Shown piece by piece: positions 1 to 11,470 of a stretch of DNA of 30,017 bases. Position numbers and translations under genes: made by a program. Source of the DNA: an uncultured Nitrosopumilales archaeon (GTDB lineage Archaea > Thermoproteota > Nitrososphaeria > Nitrososphaerales > Gagatemarchaeaceae). The stretch's first letter is position 1. Each line of letters opens with the position of its first letter. The notes below the pieces were generated by a model. It saw nothing but the letters and a program-made list of their open reading frames with translations, ran no database searches and was not told where the DNA came from. The stretch lies in assembly GCA_964486265.1 (NCBI GenBank), contig CAZAMW010000002.1:1-30017 (forward strand), written 5' to 3'.

Positions 1-48
<48 letters not shown>

Positions 49-237
49 CGATTATCGGGAGTTGGTTCGCATTACTGCGGAGTTAAAGCAAAGCCCATGT
101 CAGGTCTAACTATTCGTTAGAGCTCCATTTGTTGTACGCGCATCTGGAGGCCGTGCATATCACCGACCGGGCTCTGCCCAAAACTCAACGCAGGCGCCGC
201 CAAGCTATGCGCAAACTCAGCCGAGGCCAGAGGTGCG

Positions 238-245
238 CATATAAA
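238..245 (-). promoter_or_regulatory. Candidate TATA box of the rRNA operon; 49-~215 would be the 5' external transcribed spacer
   Basis: TTTATATG on the minus strand, about 190 nt upstream of the 16S 5' end, in an otherwise non-coding GC-rich region. Confidence 0.55.
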
Positions 246-324
246 CATTATCGCCAAACGGGCCGCGAATAGCCGAAAAACCGTCCCGATTTTCAGAAAC
301 TGCAAACATGTGGGGGCGAGTTTT

Positions 325-891
325 CTAGCCCCTGTTCTGCCCGTCCGACCACCAGGCCAGCGCCGTGATGACGACTCCTGTGATTAGGACGACTGCTCCT
401 GGTACGAGGAACCCGGCGGCTATCGGGAGGAATGATGCTCCCGCCGTCAGCAGGCCGACATACGCCAGCCTCTCCCACTTCCCGACCGAGAACACCTCCC
501 TTTCGATTTCCGCTCCGTTGGCGAAGAGCAGAATCAGCGCGAAGCTCAGGGCGACTATGGATACTACGACGAAATAGGTAAGGTCTGAGTGGTAATTTCC
601 GAGCGTGAGCAGGAGACCGGCTTCGTCTCCCACGAGCCCGCCTCCTAGGCCGAAGACAAAGGCGTACGCACGCCTGTAGGTTCCTTCCTGCGCTATTCCC
701 AGCCAGCCGGAGACCACTATCATCGCAAGGCCGTACCAGAAATGATGGAAGTGGATGCCGCTACTGACGACTACGGTGCTCGGGAAGAACGTCGTGAAGG
801 TACGTGAGAGGATGAAGCTTACCACGAACCCGGACAGGGCGACGAACGCCAGGCTGTGATGAGTGACCGGTCTCGGGGCTTGTCCCGACAT
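325..891 (-). CDS. Multi-pass membrane protein of unknown function with an HxHH motif
   Basis: 188-aa ORF with about six hydrophobic segments and motifs IHFHHFWYG and GLVGDE. Confidence 0.75.
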   Translation of the reverse strand: MSGQAPRPVTHHSLAFVALSGFVVSFILSRTFTTFFPSTVVVSSGIHFHHFWYGLAMIVVSGWLGIAQEGTYRRAYAFVFGLGGGLVGDEAGLLLTLGNYHSDLTYFVVVSIVALSFALILLFANGAEIEREVFSVGKWERLAYVGLLTAGASFLPIAAGFLVPGAVVLITGVVITALAWWSDGQNRG

Positions 892-990
892 GTGGTCTAT
901 GCCACGATTGGGCTATTAGAGCGTTGGAGGCCCTCGGGACGGCGTGGTGCCCTCTCTTCACGACAGCCAGAGTAATGAGAGAAAGCGCGT

Positions 991-1557
991 TTAGGGAAGC
1001 CCATACGTCTCTTCGTTAAGCCAGGGTACCAAGGCCATCGCGACACACTGTTCGGTCATCTGTAGCCTTGACGTCTTTCCCTTGGTCAGGTGATACACTA
1101 TCCCTTCTTCCTCGGTTATCTTCTCGGCGCGGGTGAGCTCGTGCGAATACTTGTCGAGTTCGCTGTCCTCGCTGCGCATCCTCTCGAGGAAGGAGGCGGG
1201 GATCATGAAGCCGGATGAGAACCCTATCCCCGAGCCGCCCTTCCTGTCCAAGATGAAAGCTACCTGTAGGTTGACGCTCCATCCATCGGCGAGAGTGGCC
1301 AAGCCGGCCTCTATCCCCACGCCAAAGTCGGCGCGACTCTCGGCCAGGGCGAATCTCGCCCTTGCGACCGCTCCCTCGGCCACCTGGTCCAACCCTATTG
1401 GTTGGGCCTTCGAGACCGTTCGCGTGTCGACCTCGACGAACCTGCAGCCCTTGAAGACGTGCTGGAAGGCATTCTGTGTTCCCCTGGTCTTCGCAGGGTT
1501 CCTCGAGCCGATTGCGACCGCGGGTTGTACGAAAGACTCCATGGAAACGATGCTCAT
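991..1557 (-). CDS. yjjX: Inosine/xanthosine triphosphatase (YjjX/DUF84 family)
   Basis: Motifs VAIGSRNPAK, QPIG...GAVARA and DFGVGIEAGL. Start re-assigned to ATG 1557 (or 1542), because the track's extension to 1731 overlaps the divergent alkA. Confidence 0.9.
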   Translation of the reverse strand: MSIVSMESFVQPAVAIGSRNPAKTRGTQNAFQHVFKGCRFVEVDTRTVSKAQPIGLDQVAEGAVARARFALAESRADFGVGIEAGLATLADGWSVNLQVAFILDRKGGSGIGFSSGFMIPASFLERMRSEDSELDKYSHELTRAEKITEEEGIVYHLTKGKTSRLQMTEQCVAMALVPWLNEETYGLP

Positions 1558-1597
1558 CGCAGGTGGCGATTTATAGCTCTGGTAGGTACTCCTCCCG

Positions 1598-2500
1598 TTG
1601 CATACGAAGACGGGAAGCCTGGGAGCGAAACCCCCGTTTGATTTTGACAAGAGCCTGCGGTTCATGGACAGATTCAGGCCGATGAACGGGGAGCAGGACT
1701 CTTCTGGAAAGACGCTCACCAAGGCGCTCATGGTGGAGGGCCAGACGGTCGCAGTAAGGCTGGGCGGTGAACGAGATGGGAAGGCAGGTGTATACTACGA
1801 GTTGTTCTCCGACAGGCAGTTGAGCGAAGGGCTCGCGAAGAAGGTCGCAGAAAGGGTGTCGTTCTTCCTCAGCCTGCAGGACGACCTGGCCCCGTTCTAT
1901 GCCATCGCTGCTAGGGACCCGAGTTTCTACCCCATCGTCAAGAAGCTCGTCGGATTTCATCATGCCAAATTCCCGTCCCTCTTCGAGATAACCTGCTGGG
2001 CCATTCTCGCACAGCGGTCGCAGATGCCGGTGGCCAAGAGGGCGAAGGATGCCCTGACGGAGAGGTTCGGCGGAAGCATAGAGCTGGAAGGCAAAGTCCA
2101 TTTGGCATTTCCAGACTACGAGACAATGAGGAACGCCAGGGCCGCCCAGATTCTGGCTGCGACCAAGAACAGGAGGAGTGCGGAGCGCCTCTCGAATCTG
2201 CTGTCCACTTTCGCCGATATCGATGAAGAGTTCCTGCTGACCGCCCCCTACGAGAAGGCGGAGGAGAGGCTGAAGAGGATCAAGGGAATTGGAGCCTGGT
2301 CGGCCCAGTTCATACTCTTCAGAGGGCTCGGCAGGATTGAGAAGCTCCGGTACAACATGGGACCGGTCGAGAAGATGATGAAGGAGCTCTATGGTCCCGA
2401 GATAACCCTCGACGAGATCAACATGACCTACGGGGAGTGGTGCGGCTACTGGTCCAGCTACCTCTGGGCGTCAAGCATGGTCTCGTCGCACGAGGACTGA
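1598..2500 (+). CDS. alkA: DNA-3-methyladenine glycosylase II (AlkA-like, HhH-GPD superfamily)
   Basis: FPSLFEITCWAILAQR, LAFPD, and the HhH motif LKRIKGIGAWSAQFILFRGLG; TATA-like TTTATAG near 1570. Confidence 0.85.
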   Translation: MHTKTGSLGAKPPFDFDKSLRFMDRFRPMNGEQDSSGKTLTKALMVEGQTVAVRLGGERDGKAGVYYELFSDRQLSEGLAKKVAERVSFFLSLQDDLAPFYAIAARDPSFYPIVKKLVGFHHAKFPSLFEITCWAILAQRSQMPVAKRAKDALTERFGGSIELEGKVHLAFPDYETMRNARAAQILAATKNRRSAERLSNLLSTFADIDEEFLLTAPYEKAEERLKRIKGIGAWSAQFILFRGLGRIEKLRYNMGPVEKMMKELYGPEITLDEINMTYGEWCGYWSSYLWASSMVSSHED

Positions 2501-2577
2501 CCAGAGTGGTTTGGATGTGGAGGCTCCCATCGCGTACGGCCGGAAGACGGCCTGGTTGGCGTCGTCCATGTCGACGA

Positions 2578-5491
<2,914 letters not shown>

Positions 5492-5561
5492 GAAGGCTTA
5501 CCTGATTTAGGCGCTCGTGCTTAACGTAATAAGAGTATTGTATATATAGTATATAGACATA

Positions 5562-6602
5562 ATGGCTATCATGAGCGAGCTCAGGAAGGTCCAGAAGGTG
5601 GGCTACTCCACGCTGACGGTCTCAATCCCGGCGGAATATGTCAAGAGCATGAAGCTCCACGAGGGAGACAGTCTGATGGTGAAGGAGGAGGCGGACGGAA
5701 CGCTCCGGCTGATTCCGCTCACAGGCAGCCTCAGGACGCTGAAGGCCTCGATCAAGGCTGACCAGGTCGAAAACGACGAGCTGCTCTCCAAGCTGATCGT
5801 CGGCTGCTACATGTTGGGGTACGACGCAATCGAGCTGACGTCCAGGAACAAGATTAGGCCGTCACTCCTGTCGCGGGGAAGCACGACACTACGCGGTCTC
5901 AGAGGAGTGGAGGTGGTGGAGTCGGGCGGCGACAGACTGCTTGCGCAGAGCTTCATGGACCCGACGAAGTTTCCAGTGGACTCGCTAATCAGGAGGCTGC
6001 AGCTGCTCGTCTCGAGGAGCCTCGAAGCTTCGATAGAGGCACTGCGGAGTGGTAGCCCCGGTCTTCTCAACGAAATCAGGAGAACCCAGCAGGAGGTCGA
6101 CGAACTCTACTGGCTCATCGTGAGGCAGCTGCTGGTCGCTCTGAGCAACCGGGAGATCTCCAGCAAGATAGGCCTCGAGAGCCCGCTTCACACGTCGGGC
6201 GACAGGGTCTCGGCCAAGACCATAGAGGAGATCGGCAGGATAATCCTGGAGGTCACGGAGGAGATTGTCAACTTCAAGGAGATTGGGATGAACGTCGATG
6301 AGAAAGCCCTGAGCAGGATCGAGGGTCTTTCCAGAAAGGCGCAGGAGACGTTCGAGAGCACCATGGACAGTTTGCTCAGTCCCGACGTCAAGACAATAGC
6401 GAGGGCGATGGAGCTCATAGAGAGCACGCTGAAGTTCGAGAGGGAACTGATGTCGGAATCGTTGGAGTCTGAGTACCCATACATGCGTGCCATAATCTCG
6501 GACTTCGGGCAGCTGGCGCGCTACTGCAACATCATCATCGAGATCGCGTTGAACAGGCTCCTGAGAAGGACCAGCAGAGTCTGTGTCATCACGAGCCAAT
6601 AG
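5562..6602 (+). CDS. phoU: Archaeal phosphate uptake regulator (AbrB/SpoVT N-domain plus PhoU domains)
   Basis: N-terminal RKVQKVGYSTLTVSIP...EGD...DGTLRLIP, then IVGCYMLGYD and helical PhoU repeats (EVDELYWLIVRQL). Confidence 0.85.
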   Translation: MAIMSELRKVQKVGYSTLTVSIPAEYVKSMKLHEGDSLMVKEEADGTLRLIPLTGSLRTLKASIKADQVENDELLSKLIVGCYMLGYDAIELTSRNKIRPSLLSRGSTTLRGLRGVEVVESGGDRLLAQSFMDPTKFPVDSLIRRLQLLVSRSLEASIEALRSGSPGLLNEIRRTQQEVDELYWLIVRQLLVALSNREISSKIGLESPLHTSGDRVSAKTIEEIGRIILEVTEEIVNFKEIGMNVDEKALSRIEGLSRKAQETFESTMDSLLSPDVKTIARAMELIESTLKFERELMSESLESEYPYMRAIISDFGQLARYCNIIIEIALNRLLRRTSRVCVITSQ

Positions 6603-6651
6603 AACAAGCGTTGAGAAACCCTTTTGACTGGTGGAGAGTCTCGCCCCGAAT

Positions 6652-6776
6652 GCGGGGATAGCTAAGCACGGCCAACGGCGGCGGACCGGGTGCCGAAACT
6701 CAAGATCTAGCTGACTCTAGGAGGAGTCATCCGCTCCCTTAGGGGTTCGTGGGTTCAAATCCCACTCCCCGCACCA
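6652..6776 (+). tRNA. tRNA-Leu(CAA) with two introns: 13 nt at 30/31 (6685-6697) and 24 nt at 37/38 (6705-6728); CCA encoded
   Basis: Acceptor GCGGGGA/TCCCCGC-A-CCA, T-arm GTGGG-TTCAAAT-CCCAC, long variable arm. The stem GCGGA/TCCGC with loop CT-CAA-GA forms only after both inserts are removed, and both show BHB-type pairing. Confidence 0.85.
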
Positions 6777-7258
6777 TGCGCAGGACTCTGCAGCTCTTTC
6801 GCCATGATCACGTTCGTGGCCCGATAGCCGAGGTCCTCGTACAGCTTGCGGGCGCGTACGTTGTGTCCGAACACATGGAGCGCAATCCTCCTCATCCCCG
6901 TCTCCTTCGCCCTGTCTTCGAGAAGCCTCAGAGCTGCTCTTCCATACCCCCTCCCTCGGAGACCCTGCTCGACCTCGATGTCGTAGATGAACATCGTGCC
7001 CTTCGGTTGGTTCTCTGCCTCCGTAGTGTACCAGATGATGCCCACCTTACGGTCCTTCTCGTTCTCGTCGGCTATGAAGTAGATGTAGTGGTCCTTGGTG
7101 CGCCGTCCCTGAGGGAGGAGGGATTCGAACTCTCTCCTTGACGCCTCTGGATCCTGGTCCTCGTTCCCGGCCTTGACCCTTTCAGCGAAGTAATCTGCAA
7201 TCGCGCGGTCTTTGCATTTTTGAAACTCCTCGTCGGTCATCTCGATGAAGTTGACCAT
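6755..7258 (-). CDS. GNAT family N-acetyltransferase
   Basis: Acetyl-CoA motif FIYDIEVEQGLRGRGYG and LHVFGHNVRARKLYEDLGY. Confidence 0.9.
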   Translation of the reverse strand: MVNFIEMTDEEFQKCKDRAIADYFAERVKAGNEDQDPEASRREFESLLPQGRRTKDHYIYFIADENEKDRKVGIIWYTTEAENQPKGTMFIYDIEVEQGLRGRGYGRAALRLLEDRAKETGMRRIALHVFGHNVRARKLYEDLGYRATNVIMAKELQSPAHGAGSGI

Positions 7259-7341
7259 GCCCGTCTCGATTCGCTGCGGAGGTTATTTCAGATTTCGTCG
7301 ATAGAACCGTTATAAGACGCGAGAAGCGGATCGACGCGTTC

Positions 7342-8235
7342 TTGGTGAATCGCAAGAGAACGAAGACCAGCTCCTTCGGTTCGCCGGGAAGGATAAGCCA
7401 CGACTCCAAGAAATTCTACCGCAGCAGACTCTACGAGGGGATGAAGGAGGAGGGCTCCTCGCGGAATCCTGAGAACCAGGTCGAGGAGAACGCGCTCGAT
7501 AGGATTGTTTGCAAGTCCAGCGAGGATATGACGGACCTGCCGGACAGCAGCATCCACCTCATGGTGACGTCGCCACCGTACAATGTCGGAAAGGAGTACG
7601 ACAGGGACCTGACTCTTGACGAGTATCGGGAGTTCCTGAAGAGGGTCTGGGCGGAGACGAAGCGCGTGCTCATTGACGGAGGACGATGCTGCATCAACAT
7701 AGCAAACCTCGGTCGCCGGCCCTACATACCCCTCCATGCTTTCATCATAGAGGACATGCTCGACTTGGGTTTCCTGATGAGGGGCGAGGTGATCTGGTCA
7801 AAGGAAGCGAGCAGCAGCCCCTCTACGGCCTGGGGAAGCTGGCGCTCGGCATCAAACCCTACCCTCAGGGATACTCACGAGTACATACTCGTCTTCTCAA
7901 AGGGTTCTTTCTCGCGGGACAAGTCGGGTAGAGAGAGCACAATCACGCGCAATGAGTTCCTGGAGCTCACGAAGAGTGTATGGCGCATCGACGCGGAACC
8001 GGCGAGAAAAGTCGGTCATCCTGCACCGTTCCCGGTCGAGCTTCCCTACCGTTGCATACAGCTCTATACGTTCAAGGGAGATATCGTCCTCGACCCATTC
8101 ATGGGCTCCGGCCAGACTGCCATTGCAGCGGTCCGGACTGGCAGACATTTCGTGGGGTACGAGACCGACCCCGACTACGTCAAACTCTGCGAGCGCAGGA
8201 TTTTGCAGAGCGCCCTCAGTACGACGAAGCCTTGA
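7342..8235 (+). CDS. Orphan site-specific DNA methyltransferase, N4-C/N6-A beta class
   Basis: Catalytic motif VTSPPY precedes SAM motif VLDPFMGSGQT; also HPAPFP; TATA TTATAAG about 27 nt upstream. Confidence 0.92.
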   Translation: MVNRKRTKTSSFGSPGRISHDSKKFYRSRLYEGMKEEGSSRNPENQVEENALDRIVCKSSEDMTDLPDSSIHLMVTSPPYNVGKEYDRDLTLDEYREFLKRVWAETKRVLIDGGRCCINIANLGRRPYIPLHAFIIEDMLDLGFLMRGEVIWSKEASSSPSTAWGSWRSASNPTLRDTHEYILVFSKGSFSRDKSGRESTITRNEFLELTKSVWRIDAEPARKVGHPAPFPVELPYRCIQLYTFKGDIVLDPFMGSGQTAIAAVRTGRHFVGYETDPDYVKLCERRILQSALSTTKP

Positions 8236-8512
8236 CAGGTTTGACTAGCATCTCCGTCAGGAATTCTTCTGTGCTCTTCAGGTCCGGAAACTCCTTCGCG
8301 AGCAGACGTTTGTCGGGAAGACTTTCCTTCTTGAAGCTCTTGATGCTGTAGATCATCGAAGTGAATCCGTTAGGCGACCTCGTAACGAAGACGAAGCACT
8401 TCTTTGCCTTGTACTTGCTCATCGCTCTGATACCGGCGTCGAGGTCGAGCATGCTGAGCTCCCTGACGACCTCAGGAAAGGAATTCAGCTTCTTCTCATA
8501 AATCAATGACAT
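8216..8512 (-). CDS. Small basic hypothetical protein (98 aa)
   Basis: ATG start, protein-like composition, fills the gap between the MTase and the divergent CysRS-like gene; no motif recognised. Confidence 0.7.
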   Translation of the reverse strand: MSLIYEKKLNSFPEVVRELSMLDLDAGIRAMSKYKAKKCFVFVTRSPNGFTSMIYSIKSFKKESLPDKRLLAKEFPDLKSTEEFLTEMLVKPVKASSY

Positions 8513-8515
8513 TGG

Positions 8516-8548
8516 TCGTTTTTACTCACATTTATACTTCAAAAACGA
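8516..8548. promoter_or_regulatory. Inverted repeat TCGTTTTT-N17-AAAAACGA enclosing a TATA box (TTTATACT)
   Basis: Perfect 8-bp arms in the 57-bp divergent intergenic region upstream of the CysRS-like gene. Confidence 0.45.
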
Positions 8549-8569
8549 AGGTAAGTTCAGGAAGAGCAA

Positions 8570-9799
8570 GTGGCCAGTTACTTCAAGCCGCCGGACCTCA
8601 AGCTATTCAATACGATGAGTATGCAGAAGGAAGCGTTCAACACCATCGTACCGGGGAAAGTGACTATGTTCGTGTGCGGACCGACGGTCCAGAGCTACCT
8701 GCACGTGGGTCACGCGAGGACGTATAACTTCTACGACATTGTGGCGAGATATCTGTCGCACCTCGGGTACGAGGTCAACTTCCTGATGAACGTCACCGAC
8801 ATTGACGACAAGATCACCCAAACGGCGAAGGAGGAAGGCATAGAGCCGATGAGGCTCGCCGAGAGATACACGAAGGCGTTCTTGGAGGATATGGAGAGCC
8901 TCAAAATCTACACCGTCACCAAGTACGAAAGAGTCTCGAACTACGTCCAGGAGACAATTAGTGAGGTCGCTTCTCTGATAAGAAGTGGGCACGCTTATGT
9001 TGTCGATGGGACGGTCTATTTCGACACCTCCAAGTTCCCAGACTTCGGTAAACTCTCTCACCAGACCCCGAGCCAGCTCTCGCTCGTCCCACTCGAGCTC
9101 TCCTTGAAGAAGAAGCACCTGCTCGACTTCGCTGTCTGGCGGTCGGTCGAACTCGTGCAGGGCAGATGGGACAGTCCGTGGGGAAGGGGTTCGCCGGGAT
9201 GGCACATACAGGACACTGCCGTGACCATGACCAACTTTGGTGCACAGTACGACATACATGGCGGAGCATACGACCTGATCTACCCTCATCATGAGGCAGA
9301 AATCGCTCAGGCAGAGTCTCTTACGGGAGTAAAGCCTTCAGTAAGATACTGGGTGCACACGAGTCTGGTCAACACCACCGGAAGTAAGATGTCCAAGTCG
9401 GCCGGCAACGCCCTCACGCTGAGGGAGGTACTCAAAGAGTACGGACCTGACACGCTCAGATTGTACTTGTTGTCATATCACTACAGGCAGGACATGGAGT
9501 TCGAGGAAAAGGGCCTGAAACAGATGCATGGGGTTTACACCGGCATGAAGGCGGACGCGAACACAATAGAGGAGAGAAGGGCTACGAAGGCTCGCAGACG
9601 CGACTCCGGCAAGGTGCTGGCGCCGTTCTATGCGTGTCTGAACGATGATTTTGATACTCCGGGAGCGATAGCCTTCATAAGAAAACTCCTCGAGAATGGG
9701 GCAACCGAGAAGGACCAGAACCAGGTCGAACTCTATTACGAAGCGCTCCGAATCACCTCGAACATCCTCGGTGTGAACATCTTTGGAAGATTCCGATGA
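8570..9799 (+). CDS. cysS: Cysteinyl-tRNA synthetase homolog, C-terminally short (catalytic plus DALR-type helical domain only)
   Basis: CGPT, HVGH, NVTDIDDKI, DFAVW, SPWGRGSPGWHIQD, DIHGGAYDLIYPHHEAE, KMSKS and LNDDFDTP; ends ILGVNIFGRFR at 409 aa. Identity as the housekeeping CysRS is uncertain. Confidence 0.8.
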   Translation: MASYFKPPDLKLFNTMSMQKEAFNTIVPGKVTMFVCGPTVQSYLHVGHARTYNFYDIVARYLSHLGYEVNFLMNVTDIDDKITQTAKEEGIEPMRLAERYTKAFLEDMESLKIYTVTKYERVSNYVQETISEVASLIRSGHAYVVDGTVYFDTSKFPDFGKLSHQTPSQLSLVPLELSLKKKHLLDFAVWRSVELVQGRWDSPWGRGSPGWHIQDTAVTMTNFGAQYDIHGGAYDLIYPHHEAEIAQAESLTGVKPSVRYWVHTSLVNTTGSKMSKSAGNALTLREVLKEYGPDTLRLYLLSYHYRQDMEFEEKGLKQMHGVYTGMKADANTIEERRATKARRRDSGKVLAPFYACLNDDFDTPGAIAFIRKLLENGATEKDQNQVELYYEALRITSNILGVNIFGRFR

Positions 9800-10538
9800 G
9801 ATCGGGTACGAGTTCAACGAAGTCTCCTGGTGGTCCGGCTGGACCGAGACCGTATGGCTCGGCAAGGATGCCTATCTGTTCTTCTCGAAAGACTTCGGAG
9901 AATATTTCTTCAATCGCGGCGGCTTCGTAAGAGTCACTGGGAAGGCTGCTTCTTTAGTCGACTTGATGGAAGTCGAGTTCGCGAAGCGCGACCTGAAATC
10001 CTACATCTTCCTCAGGAGCGACTCGCTCAATAGCCGTCTACTTCAGCATATGGAGAGGAAGAGGTACAAGATCGCGGACCAGATGTCCGTGATGGAGGTG
10101 GAGGAACCGTCGTTCGAACTTAATGGCGAGCTGGCACTGATCACTGGTGCGAAGGACGAGCTGCAGCGATGGGCAGAAGCCTATCTCAGGTCATTCTATG
10201 GTGACATGAAGCTTCTGGAGAAGGTGATAGGCATCCTGGAACGTGTCTCGCGTGACAAAGATACGAGCTTGGTACTTGCACAGCTCGAAGAGAAACCTGC
10301 GGGCGTCCTTGCGCTGCACAGGACGGAAGGGTTGCTGGGCGTTTACTGTGTCGGGACGGTCCCGGAGATGAGAGGGAAGCATGTGGCTAGCACGATGCTC
10401 GATTTTGCGAACAGGCTCGCCAAAGACGAAGGACGTAAGCTGATTCTGCAGACCATACTTTCGGACTTGGTTGAGCCGCTCTACGTCAAACTCGGGTTCC
10501 GACGGGCGTACACGAAAGAACTCTTTGTGAAAGGCTAG
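9783..10538 (+). CDS. GNAT family N-acetyltransferase (~250 aa, extra N-terminal domain)
   Basis: C-terminal GVYCVGTVPEMRGKHVAS and LYVKLGF; TTG start overlapping the cysS-like stop by 17 nt. Confidence 0.85.
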   Translation: MEDSDEIGYEFNEVSWWSGWTETVWLGKDAYLFFSKDFGEYFFNRGGFVRVTGKAASLVDLMEVEFAKRDLKSYIFLRSDSLNSRLLQHMERKRYKIADQMSVMEVEEPSFELNGELALITGAKDELQRWAEAYLRSFYGDMKLLEKVIGILERVSRDKDTSLVLAQLEEKPAGVLALHRTEGLLGVYCVGTVPEMRGKHVASTMLDFANRLAKDEGRKLILQTILSDLVEPLYVKLGFRRAYTKELFVKG

Positions 10539-10565
10539 GGACTCCTTAAATCACATGGATGGGGC

Positions 10566-11093
10566 ATGTCTTTGTTGTCCACAGGCGTCATCATGAAGCG
10601 TGACCTGGTCACGGGCTCCTTCCGATTTCTCGACATCTTCAAAGGATTCGAGTCCCTGGAGATTGTCAGGTCGATATTCGGTGACAGAACGGAGAAGGTC
10701 CTCGCTGACCTGAGGGTCGACGTCCAGGCTCGTCCGGGATACCTTCGGGTAGACGACGAGACTGGCAACATAGTGGTGAGTGGGGAATACCTCAAGACCG
10801 GAGACGAAAGATACCTCCATCTCGATGTCGTTCATGAGCTAGTGCACGTCAGGCAGTTCATGGAAGGGAAAGAACTGTTCGACAGAAGATACAGCTACGT
10901 CGACAGGCCGACCGAGATCGAAGCATACCAGACTTGTGTGAAGGAGGGAAGGAGACTCGGAATGGACGATGAAGAAGTGGTCGAATACCTCAGGGTCGAG
11001 TGGGTGACCGAGGACGAGTTCGGGCGCCTGCTCTCGAATGTTGGAGTGAATCGACGAGCTGATTCGACTCCAAAGAAGAAGCAGAATGTTTGA
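10566..11093 (+). CDS. HExxH zinc metallopeptidase-like protein
   Basis: VVHELVHVRQ with downstream TEIEAY as a likely third ligand. Start may be ATG 10593. Confidence 0.75.
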   Translation: MSLLSTGVIMKRDLVTGSFRFLDIFKGFESLEIVRSIFGDRTEKVLADLRVDVQARPGYLRVDDETGNIVVSGEYLKTGDERYLHLDVVHELVHVRQFMEGKELFDRRYSYVDRPTEIEAYQTCVKEGRRLGMDDEEVVEYLRVEWVTEDEFGRLLSNVGVNRRADSTPKKKQNV

Positions 11094-11467
11094 ATTTATA
11101 CCAGTCTCGAATGACTGAGGAGACGACTTCCGTGAGCAAGCTGAAGGCAATCGATATAGTGTACGCTAACTGGTGTCCGCACTGCGTTCCCACGACCATA
11201 GAGCCTATGAAGAAGGCGGCTGCGCGGCTAAGCGTTCCCCTCAACCTCTACGACATAGACACTGACGCTGTCAGGAAGGCAGATGAACTCGTCGAGAAAT
11301 ACGGCGACTGGACACCAGATTACATCATCCCGCAGGTCTTCCTTGAATTCGACGACGGGAAGGTCCAGCATGTCTTGACCGGGCAGCCCAGAGGGCTTGC
11401 TTACACCAAACAGGCCATCGACGACCTCTTGAGGAGCGACCTCTTCAGGAGCCTTTCCGCTGCGTAG
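11090..11467 (+). CDS. Thioredoxin/glutaredoxin-fold protein with a CPHC active site
   Basis: YANWCPHC and cis-Pro loop IPQVF; no signal peptide. Start is TTG 11090 or ATG 11111. Confidence 0.85.
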   Translation: MNLYQSRMTEETTSVSKLKAIDIVYANWCPHCVPTTIEPMKKAAARLSVPLNLYDIDTDAVRKADELVEKYGDWTPDYIIPQVFLEFDDGKVQHVLTGQPRGLAYTKQAIDDLLRSDLFRSLSAA

Positions 11468-11470
11468 GGC

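Noticed and set aside
117-305. 62-aa ORF resembling a signal-peptide protein
   Set aside because: It lies in the rRNA promoter/leader directly upstream of the 16S 5' end and spans the TATA box.
5539-5558. TATATA-rich repeat between korA and phoU
   Set aside because: Explained by back-to-back TATA boxes of a divergent promoter; not a repeat array.
6711-6729. Hairpin TGACTC/GAGTCA containing CT-CTA, suggesting an amber-suppressor or pyrrolysine anticodon
   Set aside because: It lies inside the 37/38 intron. The body is a typical Leu tRNA, and CAA fits the BHB geometry.
8216-8512. 98-aa ORF as the restriction endonuclease partner of the MTase
   Set aside because: Too short, convergent, and has no PD-(D/E)xK, HNH or GIY-YIG motif.
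9796-9930. ATGA overlap suggesting a frameshifted or split CysRS anticodon domain
   Set aside because: That frame gives a short low-complexity peptide unlike the CysRS C-terminus. The GNAT frame from TTG 9783 explains the region.
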